From the IMG/VR virus record IMGVR_UViG_3300021181_000009, positions 7,175 to 71,174 of that record: a stretch of DNA of 64,000 nucleotides, one strand, 5' to 3'. Source of the DNA: a virus. The notes beneath the pieces were generated by a model. It had not been told where the DNA came from, searched no databases, and worked only from the letters and a program-made list of their open reading frames with translations. Position numbers and translations under genes: made by a program. Below are positions 56,004 through 64,000 of the stretch, in pieces; positions within the stretch are counted from its first letter, which is position 1; each line of letters starts with the position of its first letter.

Positions 56004-58763
56004 TTATTGTCTTCTACTATTAGGATCTTGAATTACTACTACATTCAATTCTGGATTCGGTAATGCCCCGTTGCCTCCTGTGCCGTTGCTACCGGGAGCC
56101 AGTATATCTGATACTGTTCCGGTGAAATCACTAACAAACGGAGTTTGCCCTATTTGAACCACATTTGTAGGTGATGGTAAATTAGGAACTTGATCTACTG
56201 CATTCTCAACTAAATTATTTGCTGTTGAAATAGCCCCATTACCAATTGATGCACCTGCCAAGACTGATGCTCCGATTTGTGTAGAATTTATTCCCGACGG
56301 GGTATCATAACCAGTCACCGATCTTTCTGCACTAGTATCAGAATTAGTCGTCCCTTGCGCTGTATAATCATTAGTTTGATTAGGCAATCTGACCATACTT
56401 AGTTTTTGTGTAAATTGCCCGCTAGTGAACGTGGACGTTACTTGCAATACTCTATACAACCCATTAAAAACATTATTAGTTGCTTGATATGTCGTTTTTG
56501 ATAAAAGTCCAGTATTCATATCATAATCACCAGCAGATTTAAATGTTAATCTAACATCCACTTCTCCTGTGTCCATCGGAATAGAACCGTGTATATTGGA
56601 TGCATTATTTCCAATATACAAAATATCATCCTGCTTAATAAAATCAGGGTCACCTATAATTTCCATTGTTATAGACAACATATCAGATTGAGATTTAGAT
56701 AACAAATTGGCATGCAAATCTGCTGCCATAGTTGTTCTAGTGTCTTTAAATGCATATCCCGGGGCTGTAGCAGACATTATGCCTGACACCGGTTGAAAAC
56801 TACTAGGACTTATATTGCCCTGGGCAGGGATCAAATTATTTTGCACTTGTGGATTATTTTTATCTGTCAGAGACTGAGAAGAGGTTGCTTGGCCTTGCGC
56901 AGGAAATGCCGTCACTGCTGTATAAAATAATCCTTCGAAAGACATATCTAAATCAATAATACTAGTATTTTCACCTGTGAATAGATATTGATAATCTTTA
57001 ACATACTTACTTGCTTTTCCCTGAGGTGCGTACGGATACCTAATATTATACATTGTGTATTTGTTTATATAATACGTAATTTTTTTTGCATATTTGTTTC
57101 TAGTCTTATCAAAATCTAACAACTGTACTTGCGTTGTTATTCTCCAATGATCATATGGTTTATTTTGATTAGTGGTTGAGGTGCTAGGTGTTTCTGATGA
57201 TTGTGCTCCGGTCGTGGGATCAGTTAATTGATTTGTCATGTAATCACTATTTCTGATTATATTGTTAATCAAATCAATGATTGACGTTCCAGCATTTATT
57301 CTAAATGTGTTTGTTTTATAATTAAGAGTATAGATTCCTTGATTCTGAGAACTTTGTGCTCCCTTAAGCTTATAATCTTTTTCATCTTTATCATTCAAAT
57401 ACTGAGTATTTTTTGGATCAGTTCTTGCTGGTATAGTAAGTTTAGCACTAGCAATTGACGGGTCGAATACAAATTCATATTCATCTTGTTTTTGCATAGA
57501 GTTATTTTGAACTAAGTTAGCATTCCATTGATTCAATGCATCCTTCACACCTGTTACTATCATTGTTTGGCTAGACGCATCTGTTGCGGGACCTGAGGCC
57601 GTGCTTTGCGCATTCAACAAAGCTTGTGTTTGATTATCTGTTGTTGCACCCTGAAGCTGTTGAATTCTTTGTGCTGCTGCTACAGTATTAGATTCTTGCC
57701 TATTAGGCGATACGTTTGATGCCTGTGCTGCCGTAGCATTAAAAAAGTCATTGATAGTAGATGCAGAAATCTCAAAATTTGCAGGAATGATTACATGTGT
57801 ATCATTATATGCAGAATGGTTTACTGGAATCGCTTCTACTTTATAAACCGTACCTTTCTCATTATAGTTAATTTTCATACTGATCAAATGAATAGGTATA
57901 ATTTTAGTTGTTCCAGGAATCGGATTAACAGGATTCCCATTGGTATCATATCCCACAAAATCAATTTGAAAAATATACGGCATGCTAATGTAGTTATAAC
58001 CACCTATAGATGCTGTGCAATCAATTAATCTGTTAAGTAGAGTACAACCATATGGTTCAATGATATCGAATTTCATGCTGATAGCATTAGAACCTCTAGT
58101 CTCTGCGTTTAGCCCAATGATTGTCTCAATTTCGACATTTTCAAAATAAAAATCATCGGTAAACAATGCATTTCTAGTAAATGTGTTATTACCATACAAT
58201 CCTGCACTAGCAATCAATACATTTGATGGAACAAATGATTCTGGATTAGCAATCGTATCATTGTATGTTCCCGGGGGAACCATCATCAATGAAAATCTAT
58301 ATGTATATGTAGGATAACTATCTAATATATTTGGTCTAGGGGCTGAGTTAGATGCAGATTGTCCGCTAGATGAAATATCTGAAATAGCTAATTGTCCAAT
58401 TCCAGCATCTACACCAACTAACGATCCTGGAAGATAACTTGCAGCTGATGAATTTAAGGTCGTGCTATTCAATAGCGCTGAGGATGAAGATGTATCTATC
58501 TTTCCATCTGGAGTTGTAAAATTGTAAGTCGATGCCTGAGTTGTTGCAGTAAAAATACCCGGAGTGCCTGGCTGGCCCGATATAGCAGAGGTACTAATAC
58601 TGTCAGAGGGGTTAGTTAAGCTCGTAGCAGGACTCTGTGGTATAGGTGGATTATTCAATCCTATACCCAAGTCTGTTCCATTTGGGAGTGGCTCACCACC
58701 AGAATTAATGTTGTTGATGGCGTCAGTTGTTAACTGTCCTGAGCTATTTGTTAATCCAGGCAT
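56004..58763 (-). CDS. Baseplate hub / tail protein, gp27-like
   Basis: F.IIEPYG.TL, I..LI..II, MEIIGDPDFI, GLYRV..V.S.F..G.FTQ.L. Located between the gp53-like and gp5-like genes. Confidence 0.6.
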   Translation of the reverse strand: MPGLTNSSGQLTTDAINNINSGGEPLPNGTDLGIGLNNPPIPQSPATSLTNPSDSISTSAISGQPGTPGIFTATTQASTYNFTTPDGKIDTSSSSALLNSTTLNSSAASYLPGSLVGVDAGIGQLAISDISSSGQSASNSAPRPNILDSYPTYTYRFSLMMVPPGTYNDTIANPESFVPSNVLIASAGLYGNNTFTRNALFTDDFYFENVEIETIIGLNAETRGSNAISMKFDIIEPYGCTLLNRLIDCTASIGGYNYISMPYIFQIDFVGYDTNGNPVNPIPGTTKIIPIHLISMKINYNEKGTVYKVEAIPVNHSAYNDTHVIIPANFEISASTINDFFNATAAQASNVSPNRQESNTVAAAQRIQQLQGATTDNQTQALLNAQSTASGPATDASSQTMIVTGVKDALNQWNANLVQNNSMQKQDEYEFVFDPSIASAKLTIPARTDPKNTQYLNDKDEKDYKLKGAQSSQNQGIYTLNYKTNTFRINAGTSIIDLINNIIRNSDYMTNQLTDPTTGAQSSETPSTSTTNQNKPYDHWRITTQVQLLDFDKTRNKYAKKITYYINKYTMYNIRYPYAPQGKASKYVKDYQYLFTGENTSIIDLDMSFEGLFYTAVTAFPAQGQATSSQSLTDKNNPQVQNNLIPAQGNISPSSFQPVSGIMSATAPGYAFKDTRTTMAADLHANLLSKSQSDMLSITMEIIGDPDFIKQDDILYIGNNASNIHGSIPMDTGEVDVRLTFKSAGDYDMNTGLLSKTTYQATNNVFNGLYRVLQVTSTFTSGQFTQKLSMVRLPNQTNDYTAQGTTNSDTSAERSVTGYDTPSGINSTQIGASVLAGASIGNGAISTANNLVENAVDQVPNLPSPTNVVQIGQTPFVSDFTGTVSDILAPGSNGTGGNGALPNPELNVVVIQDPNSRRQ

Positions 58764-58764
58764 C

Positions 58765-59070
58765 TTAAATTCCCAATGCTGTCGTTAATGTTTGCTTAGA
58801 TGGAAGTTGAATGTTCGTGCCTGATACAAAATCTCCGATAGGATCTTCGATAACATTCGGATTCCTGACAGCAAATACCCACCACAACCCTGCATTGCCA
58901 TATAAGTCAAACGCTAGTAGGTCTGGGCGAAATTCATAAATCTTATTAATCTGAAATACTTGATCATCAATATACTTTGGAAAATTTCTGAAATTGATAA
59001 CGTCTAAAAACTGACCAAATGTATCAGTAGTATAGTATGGAGATGTTGCTGAATATTGCACTGTACTCAT
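58765..59070 (-). CDS. gp53: Baseplate wedge subunit, gp53/LysM-like
   Basis: RPDLLAFDLYG...LWWVFA.RN...I.DP..DF..G..I.LP. Confidence 0.8.
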   Translation of the reverse strand: MSTVQYSATSPYYTTDTFGQFLDVINFRNFPKYIDDQVFQINKIYEFRPDLLAFDLYGNAGLWWVFAVRNPNVIEDPIGDFVSGTNIQLPSKQTLTTALGI

Positions 59071-59999
59071 TATAAGAAGTTTCCTGCACCTTGAATTAAT
59101 TGTCCAGCAGCAAATTGACCCAATGTAAAATTGTTATGCAATACTTGTCTGCTGTAAATTGGGGCCACTGTAATTGTAATTGTGCTCATAGTTGGCAATC
59201 TTGTGCTTAGTGAGCTATTAGTAATTAAATTTTGCACTATTGATGCTCCAAATTGTTGCGGGGATGACGATGGAATTTCGACATAATCGACATCATTCGG
59301 CATTTCGTGAGAAAATGATTTAACAACACAAGGAACATGAGGAAAATAATTGGCACCATACCCATCTAAATATACGAGAGGAGGCGGATTTCCTGCTAAT
59401 GTGTCTTGTCCAAAAAACATTTTTGTTGCGCTTCTGAAAAATTCAATAACAGCCATAAGATATGCACCTTCTTGAACATTCTGAACTGTAAATTGTCCTG
59501 AAATATTAATTTCAGATATTTGAGAACCTTTATAAAAATAGTTCGCATAATTAGAATGCGTCAATGTTGCTGATTCATAATCTGCTGTGTGTGATAACCC
59601 AACAGTCGGAGTGTATGGAAAAATGACTCCACTTGTTCCGATTAACGGCCATTGGATACCAGGATTTGAAGATTGATAAAATATTCCCGCGGCGGGAGGC
59701 AAACTGATTCTTACTCGCCAATCATTCGCTGGCGTTGCTCCACCTAATGCACCAGAAAGATTGAAACCTACAGATGGAATTAATGATCGTAGAGCTGAAT
59801 TCCCTAGGCCACTAGAAATTAATCTATTTGCTGATACATTTGCAATATTCGTCAAATTCGTATCAACAAATGTTTGCGCAGAATTTAGCGCTTGAGATGT
59901 TTGAGACGAAACGAAGCTACCAACATTATTGTTGATATAGCTAGTTGCACTATTGACAGTGTTATCTACTGTGCTAGTGATATTATCTAGAAATCCCAT
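59070..59999 (-). CDS. Baseplate/tail-tube initiator-like protein (gp48/gp54 type)
   Basis: GVIFPYTP, Y......HSNY, I.ISG.F, TKM.FG, PP.V.L.GYG...F..VP.VV.SF. Likely start ATG 59999. Confidence 0.6.
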   Translation of the reverse strand: MGFLDNITSTVDNTVNSATSYINNNVGSFVSSQTSQALNSAQTFVDTNLTNIANVSANRLISSGLGNSALRSLIPSVGFNLSGALGGATPANDWRVRISLPPAAGIFYQSSNPGIQWPLIGTSGVIFPYTPTVGLSHTADYESATLTHSNYANYFYKGSQISEINISGQFTVQNVQEGAYLMAVIEFFRSATKMFFGQDTLAGNPPPLVYLDGYGANYFPHVPCVVKSFSHEMPNDVDYVEIPSSSPQQFGASIVQNLITNSSLSTRLPTMSTITITVAPIYSRQVLHNNFTLGQFAAGQLIQGAGNFL

Positions 60000-60023
60000 T
60001 AGTAAGCCATTATGTGTATACAA

Positions 60024-60029
60024 TATTTA
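60024..60029 (-). promoter_or_regulatory. TAAATA late-promoter core heading the baseplate operon
   Basis: gaTAAATA in the divergent intergenic region. Confidence 0.55.
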
Positions 60030-60037
60030 TCGGTTGC

Positions 60038-60055
60038 ATAATAGCATGCTATTAT
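60038..60055. promoter_or_regulatory. Perfect 18-bp palindrome, candidate operator
   Basis: ATAATAGCATGCTATTAT between the late baseplate promoter and the gp55 gene. Confidence 0.5.
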
Positions 60056-60123
60056 AGTAGAACCAGTTTTACTTAGAATGTTTGACTGTGGATGTATAAT
60101 AAGTATATAAGGAAGGAATTTAG

Positions 60124-61026
60124 ATGGCCAATTATATCAATAACAAGGATTTCTTATTTGAAATCGCAAAAAGCAAAATTACATATTGCTGTTTTACTGA
60201 AAAAACTGATGCATATTACGATATCATTCTACCTAATGTAGATTTGATTCCAGAAAGTATAGAACAAGGCAGACAAAATCGTGCTGATCGCTTATCAAAA
60301 ATAGCATACGACCAAGGACTGATAGATGCTAAAGCAGCAGGGATCGTAAAACCAAAATCCGAAGATTTTCAAATTGATCCCATAACTATTTCTGATGATG
60401 AAATTGTATTTCGAATCATGACATGGGGACATATTCCGATGGAAGCAGTAAAAACTAAAAAAGAAGCTAAGCTAAAAATTGAAGAATTTTTCCCTGAAGA
60501 TTCATTGTTCGAAGAAGTAACCATAATAGAAGTTCCGGTAATTGATTTAGATGCAGAGTCTGGCATAGCTAAACCTAAGATGAAATATGTCAAAGTCAAT
60601 TTCCCTCCGTTTCAGCATTTCAAGTATGTAGATGGTAAGATTACCTTGGTGGGTAAAAGCCATTGGAAAGGCACATTGGAAGATGGTCATTTCTCTAAAG
60701 ATCACGGCGCGATGACACGAAAACTAGCTGAAATGTTTATCAAGTTGTGTGATAGGTATGCTACAAGAAGTAATTGGCGCAGTTACACATACAATGATGA
60801 GATGCGTGGACAAGCCCTTCTACAATTATCACAAGTTGGATTACAATTTGATGAATCAAAGAGCAACAATCCATTCGCATTCTACACCACTGTCACCACT
60901 AACTCCTTCTGTCGTATCCTCAATGAGGAAAAGAAACGACAATCACTGAGAGACGATATCCTAGAATCATATAATCTTAATCCTTCATTTACTCGGCAAA
61001 ATGAATGGAACAATTATGATGATTGA
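60124..61026 (+). CDS. gp55: Late-transcription sigma factor, T4 gp55-like
   Basis: NYINNKDFL.EI, NWR.YTY.DEM...A, FDE.KS.NPFA.YT....NSF.RI...EK. Located directly before gp47/gp46. Confidence 0.85.
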   Translation: MANYINNKDFLFEIAKSKITYCCFTEKTDAYYDIILPNVDLIPESIEQGRQNRADRLSKIAYDQGLIDAKAAGIVKPKSEDFQIDPITISDDEIVFRIMTWGHIPMEAVKTKKEAKLKIEEFFPEDSLFEEVTIIEVPVIDLDAESGIAKPKMKYVKVNFPPFQHFKYVDGKITLVGKSHWKGTLEDGHFSKDHGAMTRKLAEMFIKLCDRYATRSNWRSYTYNDEMRGQALLQLSQVGLQFDESKSNNPFAFYTTVTTNSFCRILNEEKKRQSLRDDILESYNLNPSFTRQNEWNNYDD

Positions 61027-61040
61027 TGGATGAATTAGTA

Positions 61041-61069
61041 TTGCTAATCATTTACAAATCCTGCATAAT
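61041..61069 (+). promoter_or_regulatory. Sigma70-type promoter giving a probably leaderless mRNA for gp47
   Basis: TTGCTA-N17-CATAAT-N6-ATG 61076. Confidence 0.55.
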
Positions 61070-61075
61070 CATTGA

Positions 61076-62098
61076 ATGACTACAAATTTATTTAAGAAGG
61101 CAGTGTTTTTTACAGATATCCATTTCGGAAAATCTAGTAACAGCTTAGCCCACAACAATGATTGCATTGAGTTTATTGAATGGATGATTAAAGTCGCTAA
61201 GGAACAAGGATGTGAAACATGTTTCTTCCTAGGCGACTATCACAACAATAGAGCAAGCGTTAATGTTCATACGTTGAACTATGCATTGAAAGGGTTAGAA
61301 CTAGTAAGCGCAGCGTTCGATCAAACGTATTTCATTCCTGGAAATCACGATTTATATTGGAAGGAAAGCAGGCAAATTCAAAGTATGGAATTTGCAAAAC
61401 ATCTTCCAAATATTACTATCGTAAATGAATTCTTTAAACAAGGCGATGTTAGTATCGTTCCGTGGCTGATCGGTGATGATTACAAAAAATTGAGTAAGAT
61501 TTCTGCACAATACATGTTGGGACATTTTGAATTGCCTAGTTTTTATATGAATGCTCAAATTCAAATGCCAGAGCATAGCAATGGTCCTAAGAGAGAACAA
61601 CTCTCAAAAATTGGACATGTGTTTAGTGGACATTTTCATAAACGGCAAACAAATGGGAACATTACTTATATGGGAAATTGTTTCCCTCATAATTTCTCTG
61701 ATGAAGGAGATGATGATAGAGGCATCATGATCTTAGAATGGGGGCAAGAGCCAGCATATTATGCTTGGCCGGGGGCGCCAGCATATCGAATCTATAGTCT
61801 ATCTCAGATTCTAGAAGATCCTGCACAATTTTTGAAACCAAAACGACATATCAAAGTAAATCTTGATGTGGATATTTCTTATGAGGAAGCTAATTTCATC
61901 AAAGAAACATTCATTAAACAATACTCGTTAAGAGAACTAACTCTTATACCTACTAAAAATTCTGAGCATGAGCATGATTCGACCACTGGCGAAATCAAGT
62001 TTCAGACCGTCGACCAGGTAGTTTTTGAAAACATCAATGATATTTCTAGTGAATTCTTTAACAACCAATTATTATTAGATATCTACAGGAGCCTTTAA
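61076..62098 (+). CDS. gp47: Recombination endonuclease subunit, Mre11/SbcD-like (T4 gp47)
   Basis: Metallophosphoesterase motifs TDIHFG, LGD, GNHD, GHFE and SGHFH. Confidence 0.92.
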   Translation: MTTNLFKKAVFFTDIHFGKSSNSLAHNNDCIEFIEWMIKVAKEQGCETCFFLGDYHNNRASVNVHTLNYALKGLELVSAAFDQTYFIPGNHDLYWKESRQIQSMEFAKHLPNITIVNEFFKQGDVSIVPWLIGDDYKKLSKISAQYMLGHFELPSFYMNAQIQMPEHSNGPKREQLSKIGHVFSGHFHKRQTNGNITYMGNCFPHNFSDEGDDDRGIMILEWGQEPAYYAWPGAPAYRIYSLSQILEDPAQFLKPKRHIKVNLDVDISYEEANFIKETFIKQYSLRELTLIPTKNSEHEHDSTTGEIKFQTVDQVVFENINDISSEFFNNQLLLDIYRSL

Positions 62099-63864
62099 TG
62101 TCAATAAAAATTAAGAGTTTAACCTGCAGAAATTTTATGTCTGTAGGAGCAGTCAGCCAGGGAGTCAATTTCGATAGAAATGACTTGACAATGGTGTTAG
62201 GTGAGAATTTAGATTTAGGAGGTAATGATGCCGGTGCTCGGAATGGTGTGGGTAAGTCTGCTATTCTTAACGCTATTAGCTATGGTTTATATGGACAAGC
62301 TATTAGTAATATTCGACGTGATAATCTCATTAATTTGACGAATGGCAAAGGGATGCTCGTTACTATCGATTTTGAAATTGATGGTAAAGAATATCGAATT
62401 GAACGTGGTCGTAAGCCAAATGTTTTGCGCTTCTTTATTAATTCTGTTGAACAACAAGTAAAAGAAGATGCGGCGCAAGGTGACAGCAAAGAAACTCAAG
62501 CTGATATTGTTAGAACATTGGGTCTATCTCATGATATGTTCAAGCACATAGTTGGATTGAATACATATACTGAACCATTTTTAAGTCTCAAAGCTAACGA
62601 CCAGAGGGAAATCATTGAGCAATTGCTAGGTATCACGTTGCTATCTGAGAAAGCTGAAAAGTTAAAAGAGTTGGTCAAGGCCACTAAAGATATGATTACT
62701 GAAGAAGAATATCGTATCAAGGGCGTATCAGATGCGAATACAAAAATTCAAGATCAAATTTTAAGCATTGAACGAAAACAGACTCTTTGGAATCGAAAAA
62801 AGAATCAAGATTTAGATGTATATCATGGAGCACTAGACTCATTGATGCATTTGGATGTCGCTTCTGAAATTGAGACACACAACCAATTGGTGTCTATCAA
62901 AGCAAATAGTCAAGAATTGAGGCGTATTGAAGATACAATTAATAGATTGACGAATGATGTAGCTAAGGATGCTAAGAGTATCCAAAAGATAGAAAAGTAT
63001 CTCGTAAATTTAGAAGCGCATAAGTGTCATGCATGTGGCCAGGAAGTTCATGATGCTCATGCAGAACAAACTAAAGATGATTATAAAAAACAGCTATCTG
63101 AGTTAGAAAGCTTAGTAGAAACGAATAATCGGTTGATTCTCGAACAAGAAATCAAGAAATCCTTCATTGAAATTCCGAAAATAATTCCTACTACTTTTTA
63201 TAACAATGTAGAAGAGGCATATAATCACAAGAGTGAAATTGAAACCTTACAGAAAACAATTGAGCTTAAACTAGCTGAATCTGATCCGTATATCGAACAG
63301 ATTAAAGAAATGAAAGAAGTTGGCTTAGAAGAAGTAAGCTATGATTATCTAAATGAATTAGTTAGGCTTCGTGAGCATCAAGATTTCTTGTTAAAGCTTC
63401 TAACAAACAAAGATTCGTTCATTCGTAAGAAAATCATAGACCAGAATTTGAGTTATTTGAATTCACGCTTAGAATATTACTTGTTGAAGATTGGCTTGCC
63501 TCATCAAGTTGTATTCAAAAATGATTTGACTGTTGAAATTACAGAACTAGGGAGAGAACTAGATTTCGATAATTTAAGCAGAGGTGAGCGTAATAGATTA
63601 ATTCTTAGCTTAAATTTTGCATTCAGAGACGTTTGGGAAGGATTGTATCATCCTATCAATCTACTTGTTGTCGATGAAACATTAGACAGCGGAATGGATT
63701 TAGCTGGTGTTGAAAACGGGTTAGCTCTACTAAAAAGTATGGCTAGAGAAAGAAATAAAAGTATTTGGTTAGTATCACATAAAGATGAACTTATTTCCAG
63801 AGTTAGCAATATCATGCGCGTTGTGAAAGAAAACGGTTTCACGAGATTTGAATCAGAAAATTAA
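62098..63864 (+). CDS. gp46: Recombination ATPase subunit, Rad50/SbcC-like (T4 gp46)
   Basis: NFMSVG, Walker A RNGVGKS, zinc hook CHAC, signature LSRGE, Walker B LLVVDE, VSH. Confidence 0.93.
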   Translation: MSIKIKSLTCRNFMSVGAVSQGVNFDRNDLTMVLGENLDLGGNDAGARNGVGKSAILNAISYGLYGQAISNIRRDNLINLTNGKGMLVTIDFEIDGKEYRIERGRKPNVLRFFINSVEQQVKEDAAQGDSKETQADIVRTLGLSHDMFKHIVGLNTYTEPFLSLKANDQREIIEQLLGITLLSEKAEKLKELVKATKDMITEEEYRIKGVSDANTKIQDQILSIERKQTLWNRKKNQDLDVYHGALDSLMHLDVASEIETHNQLVSIKANSQELRRIEDTINRLTNDVAKDAKSIQKIEKYLVNLEAHKCHACGQEVHDAHAEQTKDDYKKQLSELESLVETNNRLILEQEIKKSFIEIPKIIPTTFYNNVEEAYNHKSEIETLQKTIELKLAESDPYIEQIKEMKEVGLEEVSYDYLNELVRLREHQDFLLKLLTNKDSFIRKKIIDQNLSYLNSRLEYYLLKIGLPHQVVFKNDLTVEITELGRELDFDNLSRGERNRLILSLNFAFRDVWEGLYHPINLLVVDETLDSGMDLAGVENGLALLKSMARERNKSIWLVSHKDELISRVSNIMRVVKENGFTRFESEN

Positions 63865-63888
63865 AATAGGGGCCTGGCCCCTATTTTT
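63863..63888 (+). terminator. Rho-independent terminator, possibly bidirectional
   Basis: AAAATAGGGGCC-T-GGCCCCTATTTTT. Confidence 0.85.
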
Positions 63889-63922
63889 GTATTATAAAAA
63901 TTTACTAAGTAAATATCAAACT

Positions 63923-63994
63923 ATGACAACAAAAGTTAATGGAAAGTCCAAAGGTAACACATTCGAACGAAAGATAGCAAAAATACCTAAATAA
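63923..63994 (+). other. Short ORF resembling the N-terminus of an Hjc-type Holliday junction resolvase, ending early
   Basis: MTTKVNGKSKGNTFERKIAKIPK*. Preceded by TAAATA-N7-ATG. Confidence 0.45.
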
Positions 63995-64000
63995 GCCCCG

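Noticed and set aside
60082-60110. A defined sigma70 promoter for gp55
   Set aside because: TTGACT and TATAAT are only 7 nt apart and alternative pairings are weak, so no single promoter can be called.
4541-63842. Many 60-130 aa ORFs in the track that overlap long genes
   Set aside because: They are antisense or off-frame shadows of motif-bearing genes, with no independent signals.
36740-63864. Inteins in the giant protein, gp6-like protein or gp46
   Set aside because: I saw no splice-junction (C...HN-C/S/T) or LAGLIDADG blocks, and gp46 and gp47 have ordinary lengths.
1-64000. Stop-codon reassignment, as seen in some large phages
   Set aside because: Long ORFs are intact under the standard code. 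TAA, TGA (many ATGA overlaps) and TAG (1990-1992, 35233-35231) all end genes at sensible positions.
1-64000. CRISPR array, tRNA or rRNA genes
   Set aside because: Intergenic gaps are nearly all under 150 nt. I saw no regularly spaced repeats or cloverleaf signatures by eye. No covariance search was run.

Overview
This window is an AT-rich segment of a large T4-like myophage genome, with a gp55-type late sigma factor, gp46/gp47, and gp5/gp6/gp25/gp53-like baseplate genes. It uses the standard genetic code. From left to right: (1) The end of a nucleotide-sugar operon (NAD-dependent epimerase, DegT aminotransferase). (2) A split tandem array of 8 paralogous ~190-320 aa proteins. They carry an ADP-ribosyltransferase-like motif set (LYRG / SIF[C/A][S/T] / EI.I.G) and a shared N-terminal MK[I/L]xE[I/L] peptide that resembles a head-packaging/cleavage signal. 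The array is interrupted by a 963-aa repeat protein with a degenerate glycosyltransferase-like domain. (3) dCMP deaminase plus a free-standing endonuclease, with the relic 3' end of a second dCMP deaminase. (4) A ~20-kb tailoring island: carbamoyltransferase, 5 SGNH-like proteins, 6 radical SAM proteins, 3 glycosyltransferases and small proteins sharing C-terminal motifs. (5) A tail-fibre/baseplate module including a 4425-aa protein and a fibre gene that appears to start at ATT. (6) Late sigma factor and the Mre11/Rad50-like nuclease pair. Many genes have TAAATA or a sigma70-type -10 box only 5-7 nt before the ATG, which suggests leaderless mRNAs. All functional calls come from reading motifs by eye; no database search was run.
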